A stretch of 13,609 nt of DNA, from the IMG/VR virus record IMGVR_UViG_3300036894_000016, positions 1 to 13,609 of that record. The stretch is one strand, 5' to 3'. Shown in pieces: positions 1 to 8,515 of this stretch; position 1 is the first letter of the stretch; every line of letters starts with the position of its first letter. The notes beneath the pieces are model-generated. The model was not told the origin of the DNA. It saw nothing but the letters and a program-made list of their open reading frames with translations, and did not search any database. The translations under genes and the position numbers were made by a program. This DNA is from a virus.

Positions 1-20
1 TCAAGCGCATCTATGGTCAT
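1..20 (-). CDS. Possible 5' end of the next minus-strand gene (ATG ACC ATA GAT GCG CTT ...), runs off left edge
   Basis: In-frame ATG on the minus strand at 20, 11 nt beyond the helicase stop; only six codons visible and no clear RBS. Confidence 0.25.
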
Positions 21-30
21 TTATTAATAT

Positions 31-1464
31 TTAGACCTTAAAATCCGCGAACTTTTTAGATCCGAATTTTTGTTTATATCCGGAAACATATGGTTGCGAA
101 CCATGTTTCTTGGATATCTCCCGGCGCATCTGGCCTTCATCCTCAAGTGGATCTTTTGAAGGTGCAGCCACTTGGCCTTTTTGTTCTACGTCAAATAGTC
201 GGAATTTTTTCCGGTCTATTCCCACATAAAATTTCTTATTATCAGTAGCATCTTTATATCTATTTTTATGTTGGATAAACAATAATTGACCAAGTTCCCG
301 TAACTTTTCACTACATACAATAAACCAAGCCAAATCAACCGTAGCTAAAAGTCCAATTCTTGAACCAGAAACTTCAGTAATAGTAGGATCAGAAGATTCT
401 AATCCTTCAGCCGAAAGTTGTGTTGCTGACCAAATAGGTACATCAAATTCTTGTGCTAAAGCACGAATTTCTTCCGCAATCGCTTGAATAGTAAGGTGTG
501 TTTTTTCTGTTGGTTTAATTCTTGAAGACGCCATTAAATTGAGATAATCAATCATAATAACATCTGGTCGGAATTTTTTCTTTAAATATAATTCATTTAT
601 GAGTGCCCTTAAATGATTCACATGTATGGAACCAGCAGGATATTCTTTAATAATAAGAGATCCGGAATTTTGTTCGCGTGCTTTAAGTGCCTTTTTAATA
701 AAAATATCCCTTGGAACATCACTTATATCATCAATTGAGATATCCAAAAGATTAGTATCAATTCTATTACCTATATTCTCCTCAGATACTTCCAAAGTTA
801 TATAAAGAACATTCTTTCCTTGACACAAATAAGAACGTGCCAAATGACACAAACCAAGTGTTTTCCCCACATAAATTCCGGCAACAAGGAGATTCAAAGT
901 CTTTCTTGAAACTCCACCTTTAGTCACTCTATTAAGAAAATCTATATCAAAAGGAAGTTTATACTCTTCCGCATGTAATGTATCATATCTTTTTTCAGCA
1001 TCATCAAAATATGAATGCCCAATATTAGTATCAAAATTAACCGATAAAGCATCCTCAAAAATTTTAGGAATAGAACCCGAATCTAATTTCTTATCTTTTC
1101 CTTCTAATATAGCCACCGATTTATATGCTGCTAAAACTAATGCTCTATCTTTACAGAAATGTTCCGTTTCATTTATTAACCAATCATAATTAACTTCTTC
1201 ATTAGTTTCTAATTCGGTTAAAATTTCTAAACATTCCTTATAAGTTTCTTCAACTATTTTATCCTTCTCAATAGCAACCGCAATTTCAGAAATTGTTGGT
1301 AGTTTTTCATATTCATTAATATAATCTAAAGTATGAGAAAATATCAATTTTTCGTGTGTAGGTTTCCAATAATCTACTTTTAAAAATGGCAAAACCTTTT
1401 TAACAAAATTTTGGTTATGAAATAAATTCTTAAGGATTATAACCTCAATACGATTTTCAGACAT
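31..1464 (-). CDS. 41: Replicative DNA helicase, DnaB family, T4 gp41-like
   Basis: Walker A 'LLVAGIYVGKTLGLCHLA' followed by 'LYITLEVSEENIGNRIDTNLLDI', closely resembling T4 gp41 'AGVNVGKSLGLCSLA..LYISMEMAEE...RIDANMLD'; Walker B-like 'VIMIDYLNLM'; 'SATQLSAEG' sensor region. Confidence 0.93.
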   Translation of the reverse strand: MSENRIEVIILKNLFHNQNFVKKVLPFLKVDYWKPTHEKLIFSHTLDYINEYEKLPTISEIAVAIEKDKIVEETYKECLEILTELETNEEVNYDWLINETEHFCKDRALVLAAYKSVAILEGKDKKLDSGSIPKIFEDALSVNFDTNIGHSYFDDAEKRYDTLHAEEYKLPFDIDFLNRVTKGGVSRKTLNLLVAGIYVGKTLGLCHLARSYLCQGKNVLYITLEVSEENIGNRIDTNLLDISIDDISDVPRDIFIKKALKAREQNSGSLIIKEYPAGSIHVNHLRALINELYLKKKFRPDVIMIDYLNLMASSRIKPTEKTHLTIQAIAEEIRALAQEFDVPIWSATQLSAEGLESSDPTITEVSGSRIGLLATVDLAWFIVCSEKLRELGQLLFIQHKNRYKDATDNKKFYVGIDRKKFRLFDVEQKGQVAAPSKDPLEDEGQMRREISKKHGSQPYVSGYKQKFGSKKFADFKV

Positions 1465-1804
1465 TTTGCCTTTCGGTTGGGTCTATTTTATCAGTTGCTT
1501 CAAAATATGCCAATTCAACCGCAATAGCAGCGATTATTCTGGATAAATCTTTAGATGTTTCAATTTGATGAGGATCATATCCTGCATAATGAAGCACTTT
1601 ATAATTATAAAGCATCTGTGGGGTGGATGTCAAATAATCAGTACGAATTTTAATATTTTCAACTATCTGGATTTTGAGGCCCTTAAAGGGCCCCATATTA
1701 AGTGTCACGATATATGGATTATTTTCATTCTGCAAATAATATCCATTCGGAAATATTCTATTTGGATCCTGATATTGTACCGGCATATTTTTTAATTTCC
1801 TCAT
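1457..1804 (-). CDS. Hypothetical protein, about 109-115 aa (start may be M7; a GAGG motif lies in the codons between the two ATGs)
   Basis: Open frame in the minus-strand operon, overlaps the helicase start by 8 nt. Confidence 0.7.
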   Translation of the reverse strand: MRKLKNMPVQYQDPNRIFPNGYYLQNENNPYIVTLNMGPFKGLKIQIVENIKIRTDYLTSTPQMLYNYKVLHYAGYDPHQIETSKDLSRIIAAIAVELAYFEATDKIDPTERQNV

Positions 1805-2408
1805 ACCGTCTGTTTCGGCATTGTTTCATATTTTTATTATAATGGTTAATAATTAAATCCAATTTTGATTTTGAAATATTACATTCAAGTGGCCCATATA
1901 ATTCAAAACAATCCTCAACAGGACACCCTTTTAAATATAATCCATCAGAACGTTGAATAATATAATCTTTAATTTCCTTCTTATCAACTAAAACTCCACA
2001 ATTTTTATCTAATATCATTATGAATCTGGAATAACTATCAGGTAATTCTGAAAGAATATTATCACCACGAAATCGTATTAACTGAATTGTTTTAATAATA
2101 TCTTTCCAGCCAAGTTTATTGTAAAGAGAATTATTATAACATTTAACCTCAATATATTCCATATATTCTGTAAGATAAAGATCTCTGCCTTGACCATCTA
2201 TGAATTTAATTTTATCATTACTAAAATCTGCTATACTGTTTTCGATTTCTTCTGCCCGGAAAAAATTTCCTTTATTACCACTAAAATTTAACGCGGCCGC
2301 GTTATTCACAAATTTTTGCCAATCAACCGACTTCTTTATAAATTCCTTAATCTCTTCTGATCTATTGGACATAACATAATGGTCACATGTAACATAATAT
2401 AATTTCAC
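1758..2408 (-). CDS. Hypothetical protein, 216 aa; possible PD-(D/E)XK nuclease-like motif
   Basis: Open frame in operon context with upstream GAAAGGTG-type RBS; contains 'DGQGRDLYLTEYMEYIEVKC' (D...ExK spacing). Confidence 0.7.
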   Translation of the reverse strand: MKLYYVTCDHYVMSNRSEEIKEFIKKSVDWQKFVNNAAALNFSGNKGNFFRAEEIENSIADFSNDKIKFIDGQGRDLYLTEYMEYIEVKCYNNSLYNKLGWKDIIKTIQLIRFRGDNILSELPDSYSRFIMILDKNCGVLVDKKEIKDYIIQRSDGLYLKGCPVEDCFELYGPLECNISKSKLDLIINHYNKNMKQCRNRRYEEIKKYAGTISGSK

Positions 2409-2432
2409 CTTTCAATAAAATAAATATCTTAA

Positions 2433-2690
2433 TTATTCCTCAATCATTTGGTTCAATATTAACAATGCATTTTTAATTTTTTCAAAATATGTAGCATATG
2501 GATAATCTTTATATACATATTGTTTCCATTTCCATTTACTTTCAACATGATCTAAAACCAATTTAAACATTTTAGAATCGTTTGGAATGCTGTTATCAAA
2601 TTTAGTAACCACATAACCTGTTTGAGTATTTCCATCGCCTTCAATCACATTCTCATACCACATAATATCGTAATTTGCCTTATTACTCAT
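2433..2690 (-). CDS. Hypothetical protein, 85 aa
   Basis: Open frame, same strand, overlaps the uvsX-like stop by 8 nt. Confidence 0.7.
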   Translation of the reverse strand: MSNKANYDIMWYENVIEGDGNTQTGYVVTKFDNSIPNDSKMFKLVLDHVESKWKWKQYVYKDYPYATYFEKIKNALLILNQMIEE

Positions 2691-3840
2691 TTTCTACCTC
2701 TTCTATTTCTTCAGGAATTATTATATTCGTTCCATAATTAAATTCCTTACCCGCACATACATCAAGCGCCTTCAATACGTCTTCTGTAAAATATTCTTCC
2801 GGGTGCGCTTCAATTTGTTTTTCTGTTGCTTTATTAAGACCAATCAGAATCTTTTCTTTTTTATCTTCTTTCACTTTCTTAAAAAATTCATATTTCAATC
2901 CCAATTCAAGTAATCCATAATATCTATCTAAACCAGATCCATAATCAAGCGATACATCAATAACTGTATTCTCTTTCGTCAAGCGGCCTTTTTCCAACTT
3001 ACAATGTAGAATCGCTCCTACTACTTCAGTACCAACCTTATCTTTACTCTTACTTAAAAATACTGAAAGTGAATTAGCATATTGAACACCAGATCCGCCT
3101 GATTGTACCTTATGACTAAACAATCCTTGGGTATCATAAACATGGTTGGTAACAAAAAATGGAATTCCCAATACACCCAATTTTAAGGTAATAGTTCTAA
3201 ATGCAGATTTGATTAACCGCGCACGCGTCATATCTGCTTTTTCACTACCAGATTCAGAATCTTCCATTTCTTTTATTGTAGAAAGCATTCCTAAAGAATC
3301 ACAAACAAACATCACAGGATGCCGTTTATCTTCTGGTGTATCTTTAACCATACGCAACATCTTTAATGATTGTGTTCTTAATTCTTGAACTGTCTCAATA
3401 GGAATACAATATACTCTACTGATATCAATTCCTCTTTGAAGCATCATATCTTTAGTAATCGCACCTTCAGATTCAAAGAACATGACACCAGATTTTGGAT
3501 GCGTATTAAGAAAATGTTTGATCAATGCCAGAACAAAAAATGTTTTCCCAGTGGCTGTTGGACCCGCGAAAACAACAATTTTGTTGTTAGGTGCTCCACC
3601 GAATAAAGACCCAGATAATTGGGCATTAAAAAGATATACACCAGTATCAATCCATCCAGTTATATCACCCGATAAAATGCCATTTGAAACTGCTTGTGCA
3701 AGATCATTACCAGTCGCTTTGGCCATCTTGTCAAAGAAATCTACGTTATCCGCGTGCTTTGGTTTCTTTGTCTTTACTTCTTTTGGTACTCTTAATTTCT
3801 TGATTTTTGTCTTTACTTCTGCTTTACGAGGACGGCCCAT
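2683..3840 (-). CDS. uvsX: RecA-superfamily recombinase, UvsX-like
   Basis: Walker A 'FAGPTATGKTFF', 'VMFFESEGAITKDMMLQRGIDISRVYCIPIETVQELR' (UvsX signature layout), Walker B 'VMFVCDSLGML', 'VTNHVYDTQGLF...QSGGSGVQYANSLSVFL'; RBS GGAG upstream. Confidence 0.9.
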   Translation of the reverse strand: MGRPRKAEVKTKIKKLRVPKEVKTKKPKHADNVDFFDKMAKATGNDLAQAVSNGILSGDITGWIDTGVYLFNAQLSGSLFGGAPNNKIVVFAGPTATGKTFFVLALIKHFLNTHPKSGVMFFESEGAITKDMMLQRGIDISRVYCIPIETVQELRTQSLKMLRMVKDTPEDKRHPVMFVCDSLGMLSTIKEMEDSESGSEKADMTRARLIKSAFRTITLKLGVLGIPFFVTNHVYDTQGLFSHKVQSGGSGVQYANSLSVFLSKSKDKVGTEVVGAILHCKLEKGRLTKENTVIDVSLDYGSGLDRYYGLLELGLKYEFFKKVKEDKKEKILIGLNKATEKQIEAHPEEYFTEDVLKALDVCAGKEFNYGTNIIIPEEIEEVENE

Positions 3841-4507
3841 TCATATTCTCCAATTCTTCTTCAACTGCAACACCTATTTTTACACCATTTAATTCTAAAA
3901 ACCGTTTCATAAACATAGCCTTTGCGGTCACTGGCGGCCAACAAACAATAGGTGCTATCATCGGTTTTTCTAATCCAGCGGCTGCTAATTTATCTAATAC
4001 CCATTGTTGTGGTGGATTAAATAAATAATATCCTTCGGCTGTCAATAACATATCATCTGCGCGTTTTACATCAACTGACATAGGATATGGAAGACCAAAT
4101 TTTTCATTAATTACTCGTTCTAATCTGGCTTCAATTTCCCGATAACCTTCCATCGGTTCGGAATATTTGACAGGACGCGCAATATCGCTTAAATATGCTT
4201 CAGAAGCATCATGTAATAATCCAGCCAACGCATTTTCAGGTTCAACAATTTGAGACACCAATACACTGTGCTGTGATACACTATAAAACGATTTTACATG
4301 TCCTGTCCATCTACAATTATTAGATAACGCGTGTGCGATATCTTGTATATCAATATCGCTTGGATCGGGGTCTAAAGGAAATATATGTCGGTTACGATAT
4401 GTGGAAATATAAGATCCCTTTTTATAATCACCACCACGTGTTTTATCAACTGAATTTACTTCACGGTCGAATATCGCTTGTCCTGTCAATTCTTCAATTT
4501 GTTCCAT
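3824..4507 (-). CDS. HD-domain phosphohydrolase, YfbR/5'-deoxynucleotidase-like
   Basis: 'SVSQHSVLVSQIVEPENALAGLLHDASEAYLSDIARPVK' and 'VKRADDMLLTAEGYYL' give the H...HD...D motif order of phage/YfbR HD proteins. Confidence 0.88.
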   Translation of the reverse strand: MEQIEELTGQAIFDREVNSVDKTRGGDYKKGSYISTYRNRHIFPLDPDPSDIDIQDIAHALSNNCRWTGHVKSFYSVSQHSVLVSQIVEPENALAGLLHDASEAYLSDIARPVKYSEPMEGYREIEARLERVINEKFGLPYPMSVDVKRADDMLLTAEGYYLFNPPQQWVLDKLAAAGLEKPMIAPIVCWPPVTAKAMFMKRFLELNGVKIGVAVEEELENMNGPSS

Positions 4508-4946
4508 TATTTTCTACTTTCAAATATTCGTGAAGATATCCCATCACATTAAATAATACAGCACATAATGCGATTTTCATAGTAACTGGCTTTCCAGTCT
4601 TTCTATCAATAGCAGGATATCCACTATGTAATTTCCATACATCCCATACATGTCGTAACATTGACTTAATATAAGAATTTAAAGGTATACCTTTTTTCCA
4701 ATTATCTCCTGGTCTTTTAGATCCGTCCGCTTGAACACTACAACTCAACATATATTCACCAAAACATTCCAACACCAGCGGTGAAAGACATGCTTCATAA
4801 TCTATCTTTGATACATCAAGGTCGCGGGTGGCGCCGGTTTCAAATTGTCTTAATAATTGTTCAGGTAATATAGGAACAGCATGAGTCTCACCATATGTTA
4901 CATAATTCGGTCTAGTTGCTTCTTGTGATAATTTTTCTGTTTTCAT
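4494..4946 (-). CDS. dATP/dGTP diphosphohydrolase N-terminal-like (DUF5664-like) protein
   Basis: 'FETGATRDLDVSKIDYEACLSPLVLECFGEYM...NWKKGIPLNSYIKSMLRHVWDVWKL...KIALCAVLFNVMGYLHEY' matches the remembered pattern 'ATGAxRDxDxGKxRFDLLPP...NWEKGIPxSRYLDSALRHLxAY...AAAxWNxxCLLxxE'. Confidence 0.75.
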   Translation of the reverse strand: MKTEKLSQEATRPNYVTYGETHAVPILPEQLLRQFETGATRDLDVSKIDYEACLSPLVLECFGEYMLSCSVQADGSKRPGDNWKKGIPLNSYIKSMLRHVWDVWKLHSGYPAIDRKTGKPVTMKIALCAVLFNVMGYLHEYLKVENNGTN

Positions 4947-7624
4947 TTAAAAAATTTCTCCATATCATACATTTTATCTACTGACCATCCAATAGGATCC
5001 AATATTTTTTCAAGTGGTTTAATAAAAGTCTTATCATACATTTCTACATAATCCACATACTTATGTAATCCAAATTCTTTAGGAAGTTCTCCATTAAAAG
5101 CAATTACTTTATCTCCAATAGGATTAGGAGTTTTCAAATGAACAAATTTAATCTTCTCAGATGATTCTATTGGAGCATATTTATGTTGTAATTTCAATTC
5201 TTCAATTCGTCTATTATGTAACAGAACTGCCTTTACACCAATATTAGTTCCCTTCTTATATACATCATCACCTTCATCTTCCCATTTCTCCAAATCATTT
5301 ACACCTTGAGGAAATGCAATATCTTCAATCGGAAGTTTCATAAATTCCAATCGGGTCTTTTCTACAAAATCCGCCAATTCATATTGTGTTCCGGTCATCA
5401 TAATTTGAAGTGCAGTTTTCATTGCAGTTCTACAATATTGCGGGGTACTTGCTCGAACTAAAGCAAATCCCATAATTTTCAATTTAGAAACTCTTTTGGT
5501 ATTTGTACTCTTACACTTATTACACGGAGGCGCTTGTTCTGATGGTCCTGAAAATTCATCATGGCAATCATTACATTCAAAATAATTATCACCTTCAGAA
5601 TTCCAAACTTGTAATGCATAATGTTTCTTGGAAGACCAAATTGCTCTATCAGAAAGAACCTCACGCTTCATACTTAAAATTGGTTTTTCTGCGCGCATTC
5701 CATTGATATAATTATAAGTTATGTTTTCAAATAATCTATCAATCTCAGGTTCTAATTTTTCTTTACATACATTATCCATAAAATGAATCAATTTTTCAAC
5801 TGGTGGTTTTTCACCTTTAAATACATGTTGAACTAATTTATCTAAAGTGATATATACAGAATCCGTATCCGAATAAATGGTAAAATCTAAACCTTCAGTT
5901 TTATACAGTTTATTAAAATACGCATTCAATCCTTTTTGAATATATTGAATAATAAACTTACCAGTCATTGTAACCGCTTCGGCATTTTCTAAATCATAAA
6001 ATCTGAAATATTGATTACCAAACGCACCGTATAATGAATTCATCATTATCTTGGTTGCTTTTTGTTTTACATCAAATTTAGATACTATATTATTCAATTC
6101 TTCTTTTCTTACTGGATCAATACAACTCTCCAATTCCTTTTTTGCCTTTTTAATTTCCGCTTGATATTTCTTTCGACTATTAAATAATGTCTCAACCATG
6201 CGGCTATAAAAACTTTGTTTTTCTTTACTATAGAAAACACCATTGCAGGCACATGTACAATCATTACTAGTTGCTCTACCAAATGCTTCTTCCCATTCAT
6301 CATTTTCTGAAAGGAAATCATCAGATCTTAATTTCATTTTCAAATCAACATTTTTAGTTTCCGGACCAATATTCAATACACGAATAATATTCGGATACAG
6401 TGATGCAACGTCAAATGATACTACATCTTCATACATTCCTGGAATGGGTGGCTTAACATATGCTCCCTCAAATTGGTCCTTTTTAGATTGATGTTCTTTT
6501 TGTGAAATAACAATCTTCTCTTGATATAACCAATTGAAAATCAATACGTCCCATGTTCTCACTTGCGCGAGTACATCAATATAATTTACTTTGGCCAAGT
6601 ATGCGACCGAACCGGTCAATTCAATTAACTTCCGTTTCTTTTCCAATAACTCAATTAAATTAACATCCTGAATATTATACTCTACAAACCATTGAAAATC
6701 TTTGGTATAAAATTCTTTCAGTGTTTCATATTTTTCATGCCAATCAATTTTACCTTCACCTTTTAATTCCACCTTTGCAATGTAATCCAATTTATTATTT
6801 TCTCTGGGTTCCATTACATTCTTTTTATATATTTGAAGATAATCTAATTGAGCGGCTCCATATAACTCATAACACTGACGATCCTTATGCTGAAAATTAA
6901 CTGTTATTTCTTGAACAATTCCCCATGATGAAAGTTTCCTTGCTGTTTTACCTTCGTCATCAAATAACAAAACCAAACGATTATAAAGATATGGTACGTC
7001 AAAAAATCTTCCGTTCCAGGAAGTTATAATATCAGGATCTAATTTATTCCAAATTTTAAGGAACCCTAATAACATTTCCTTTTCATCTTCAAACTCATAA
7101 TGAATGATGTTATCTGTTTTTGGAACAAATTTATTCTTTTTATTATACAATTTATCATCAACAAAAGTAAATACGTGGAATTTATCTTGATTAAAATCCT
7201 TTATGGTAATTACATTTATTCGCTCACGCGCCGTTTGAGCATCATCTTGTTTAAAACCATATTCATTTTCATGTTCAATATCAATGGTTACAATAGACAG
7301 TTGATTTAAATCATATTCCAATTCATGTTGAGGATATTCGTCTGCAATAAAAGCATAATGAAATTGAGTATTTCCATAAATCGGTTGGCCATTTGAAACA
7401 TCTTCATTATCGGAAAGAAATTGTTTGGCTTCTTTAATACAATCAAAGTCAATTTTATCAACCGGCTCTCCGGTTAATGTTTTGTATTCATTAGTAGTTT
7501 TCTCACAGTTTGGAATATATAAAGATGGTTTATATGCCACTTTGCGTCGGACTCTTTGACCATTTACTATCTCTTTAAGTAAAATATTATTTCCGTATTG
7601 GTGGGCACTTGTATAGAATTTCAT
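4943..7624 (-). CDS. 43: DNA polymerase, family B (T4 gp43-like) with 3'-5' exonuclease domain
   Basis: Exo I 'VTIDIEHEN', Exo II 'SWNGRFFDVPYLYNR', Exo III 'YNIQDVNLI'; Pol motifs 'SFDVASLYPNIIR', 'KIMMNSLYGAFGNQYFRF', 'YSDTDSVYI'; RBS AGAGG upstream; ATGA overlap with downstream gene. Confidence 0.96.
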   Translation of the reverse strand: MKFYTSAHQYGNNILLKEIVNGQRVRRKVAYKPSLYIPNCEKTTNEYKTLTGEPVDKIDFDCIKEAKQFLSDNEDVSNGQPIYGNTQFHYAFIADEYPQHELEYDLNQLSIVTIDIEHENEYGFKQDDAQTARERINVITIKDFNQDKFHVFTFVDDKLYNKKNKFVPKTDNIIHYEFEDEKEMLLGFLKIWNKLDPDIITSWNGRFFDVPYLYNRLVLLFDDEGKTARKLSSWGIVQEITVNFQHKDRQCYELYGAAQLDYLQIYKKNVMEPRENNKLDYIAKVELKGEGKIDWHEKYETLKEFYTKDFQWFVEYNIQDVNLIELLEKKRKLIELTGSVAYLAKVNYIDVLAQVRTWDVLIFNWLYQEKIVISQKEHQSKKDQFEGAYVKPPIPGMYEDVVSFDVASLYPNIIRVLNIGPETKNVDLKMKLRSDDFLSENDEWEEAFGRATSNDCTCACNGVFYSKEKQSFYSRMVETLFNSRKKYQAEIKKAKKELESCIDPVRKEELNNIVSKFDVKQKATKIMMNSLYGAFGNQYFRFYDLENAEAVTMTGKFIIQYIQKGLNAYFNKLYKTEGLDFTIYSDTDSVYITLDKLVQHVFKGEKPPVEKLIHFMDNVCKEKLEPEIDRLFENITYNYINGMRAEKPILSMKREVLSDRAIWSSKKHYALQVWNSEGDNYFECNDCHDEFSGPSEQAPPCNKCKSTNTKRVSKLKIMGFALVRASTPQYCRTAMKTALQIMMTGTQYELADFVEKTRLEFMKLPIEDIAFPQGVNDLEKWEDEGDDVYKKGTNIGVKAVLLHNRRIEELKLQHKYAPIESSEKIKFVHLKTPNPIGDKVIAFNGELPKEFGLHKYVDYVEMYDKTFIKPLEKILDPIGWSVDKMYDMEKFFK

Positions 7625-7642
7625 TCAACCTCTACTAAGATT

Positions 7643-7671
7643 ATTATATCATATTTGCAATCATATGTCAA
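7643..7671 (-). promoter_or_regulatory. Sigma70-type extended -10 promoter for the DNA polymerase gene: TTGACA (7671..7666) - N17 - TATAAT (7648..7643) with TGA just 5' of the -10
   Basis: Minus strand reads TTGACATATGATTGCAAATATGATATAAT: 6/6 -35, 17-nt spacer, TGn, 6/6 -10, about 18 nt from the polymerase ATG. Confidence 0.85.
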
Positions 7672-7688
7672 TCATAAATATTTGATAT

Positions 7689-8135
7689 ATGATAGTATCT
7701 CAAAACGGATTAATTAAAATACAATACTTTGAAGGATTTGTCGATCACGCGTATCCTGATGCAAATGGTTTTTCTATTGGTTTTGGCACAAATTTAAATA
7801 CTCCAGAATTACTTGCCAAATATAAACAGCTAGATGTAACGATTACACGTGATGAAGCGGCATTATTGATGATGGGTAAAATTGGACAAATTGAAGATGC
7901 ATTTACAAAAGTCATTACGGTTCCATTAACTCAAAATCAATATGATGCACTTGCATCATTTACATATAATATGGGAATTGGAGCATTTGAAGCATCTACA
8001 ATGCTTAAATTACTTAACCAGAAAAATTATAAAGCGGCCGCTGATGAATTTCCAAAATGGAGTTTTTCGCAAGGAAAACAAAGTCCTGGATTATTATCAC
8101 GTAGAAACCAAGAACGTACAATATTTCTTACTTAA
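7689..8135 (+). CDS. Phage lysozyme / endolysin, GH24 (T4-type) family
   Basis: 'LIKIQYFEGFVDHAYPDANGFSIGFGTN' fits the GH24 E-x8-D-(x)-[ST] catalytic pattern; 'LTQNQYDALASFTYNMGIGAFEASTMLKLLNQKNYKAAADEFPKW...GLLSRRNQERTIFL' matches the C-terminal lysozyme signature. Confidence 0.92.
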   Translation: MIVSQNGLIKIQYFEGFVDHAYPDANGFSIGFGTNLNTPELLAKYKQLDVTITRDEAALLMMGKIGQIEDAFTKVITVPLTQNQYDALASFTYNMGIGAFEASTMLKLLNQKNYKAAADEFPKWSFSQGKQSPGLLSRRNQERTIFLT

Positions 8136-8159
8136 ACACCGCGCCATCTAATTATCATT

Positions 8160-8504
8160 TTATTTCTCCATTTTTACTTTTTTCTCTGCCTTTTTCTTAC
8201 GAGCATGTGATGCGGATCTTTTATTCGCTCTGGCGATGGCTTCATCCCATTCTAGGATTTGCTCTTGAACGGCCATCTTTGCCGAATAAAGGCTAACATA
8301 TTCGCCAAAGTCTTCATCCTCGATTTTTACTTCCCAAATAAAAAATTCATCACCATCAGATTCATCATAACTAGTAAATACAACCGCCCATATTTTATTA
8401 TCGGGATCAACCAATGTATGGCATTGCTTGCTTACACGGACCCATTCCAGATCTTCTAGCATGATACATCCTTGGTTTAAAATTTCATTATCTATAATCA
8501 TCAA
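8160..8504 (-). CDS. Hypothetical protein, 114 aa, acidic body with very Lys/Arg-rich C-terminus
   Basis: Open frame convergent with the lysozyme. Confidence 0.65.
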   Translation of the reverse strand: MMIIDNEILNQGCIMLEDLEWVRVSKQCHTLVDPDNKIWAVVFTSYDESDGDEFFIWEVKIEDEDFGEYVSLYSAKMAVQEQILEWDEAIARANKRSASHARKKKAEKKVKMEK

Positions 8505-8515
8505 TATATCCTTAT

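Noticed and set aside
1565-1795. Plus-strand ORF of 76 aa
   Set aside because: Antisense to two overlapping minus-strand operon genes, with no homology-like motifs; typical shadow ORF of AT-rich DNA.
3146-4028. Plus-strand ORFs 3146..3388, 3385..3606, 3482..3892 and 3807..4028
   Set aside because: All antisense to the recombinase and HD genes, whose protein motifs are unambiguous; no independent coding evidence.
4169-4198. TTGACA on the plus strand inside the HD gene as a possible antisense promoter
   Set aside because: The -10 at 17 nt spacing (TAAATA) is poor and there is no plausible downstream plus-strand gene.
5479-6491. Alternative ORFs inside the polymerase gene (5479..5664 -, 5503..5706 +, 6109..6321 -, 6243..6491 +)
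   Set aside because: Overlap well-supported polymerase coding sequence in another frame; low-complexity or random composition.
7942-8151. Second plus-strand frame within the lysozyme
   Set aside because: Composition looks like an out-of-frame read of the lysozyme; no RBS or motif.
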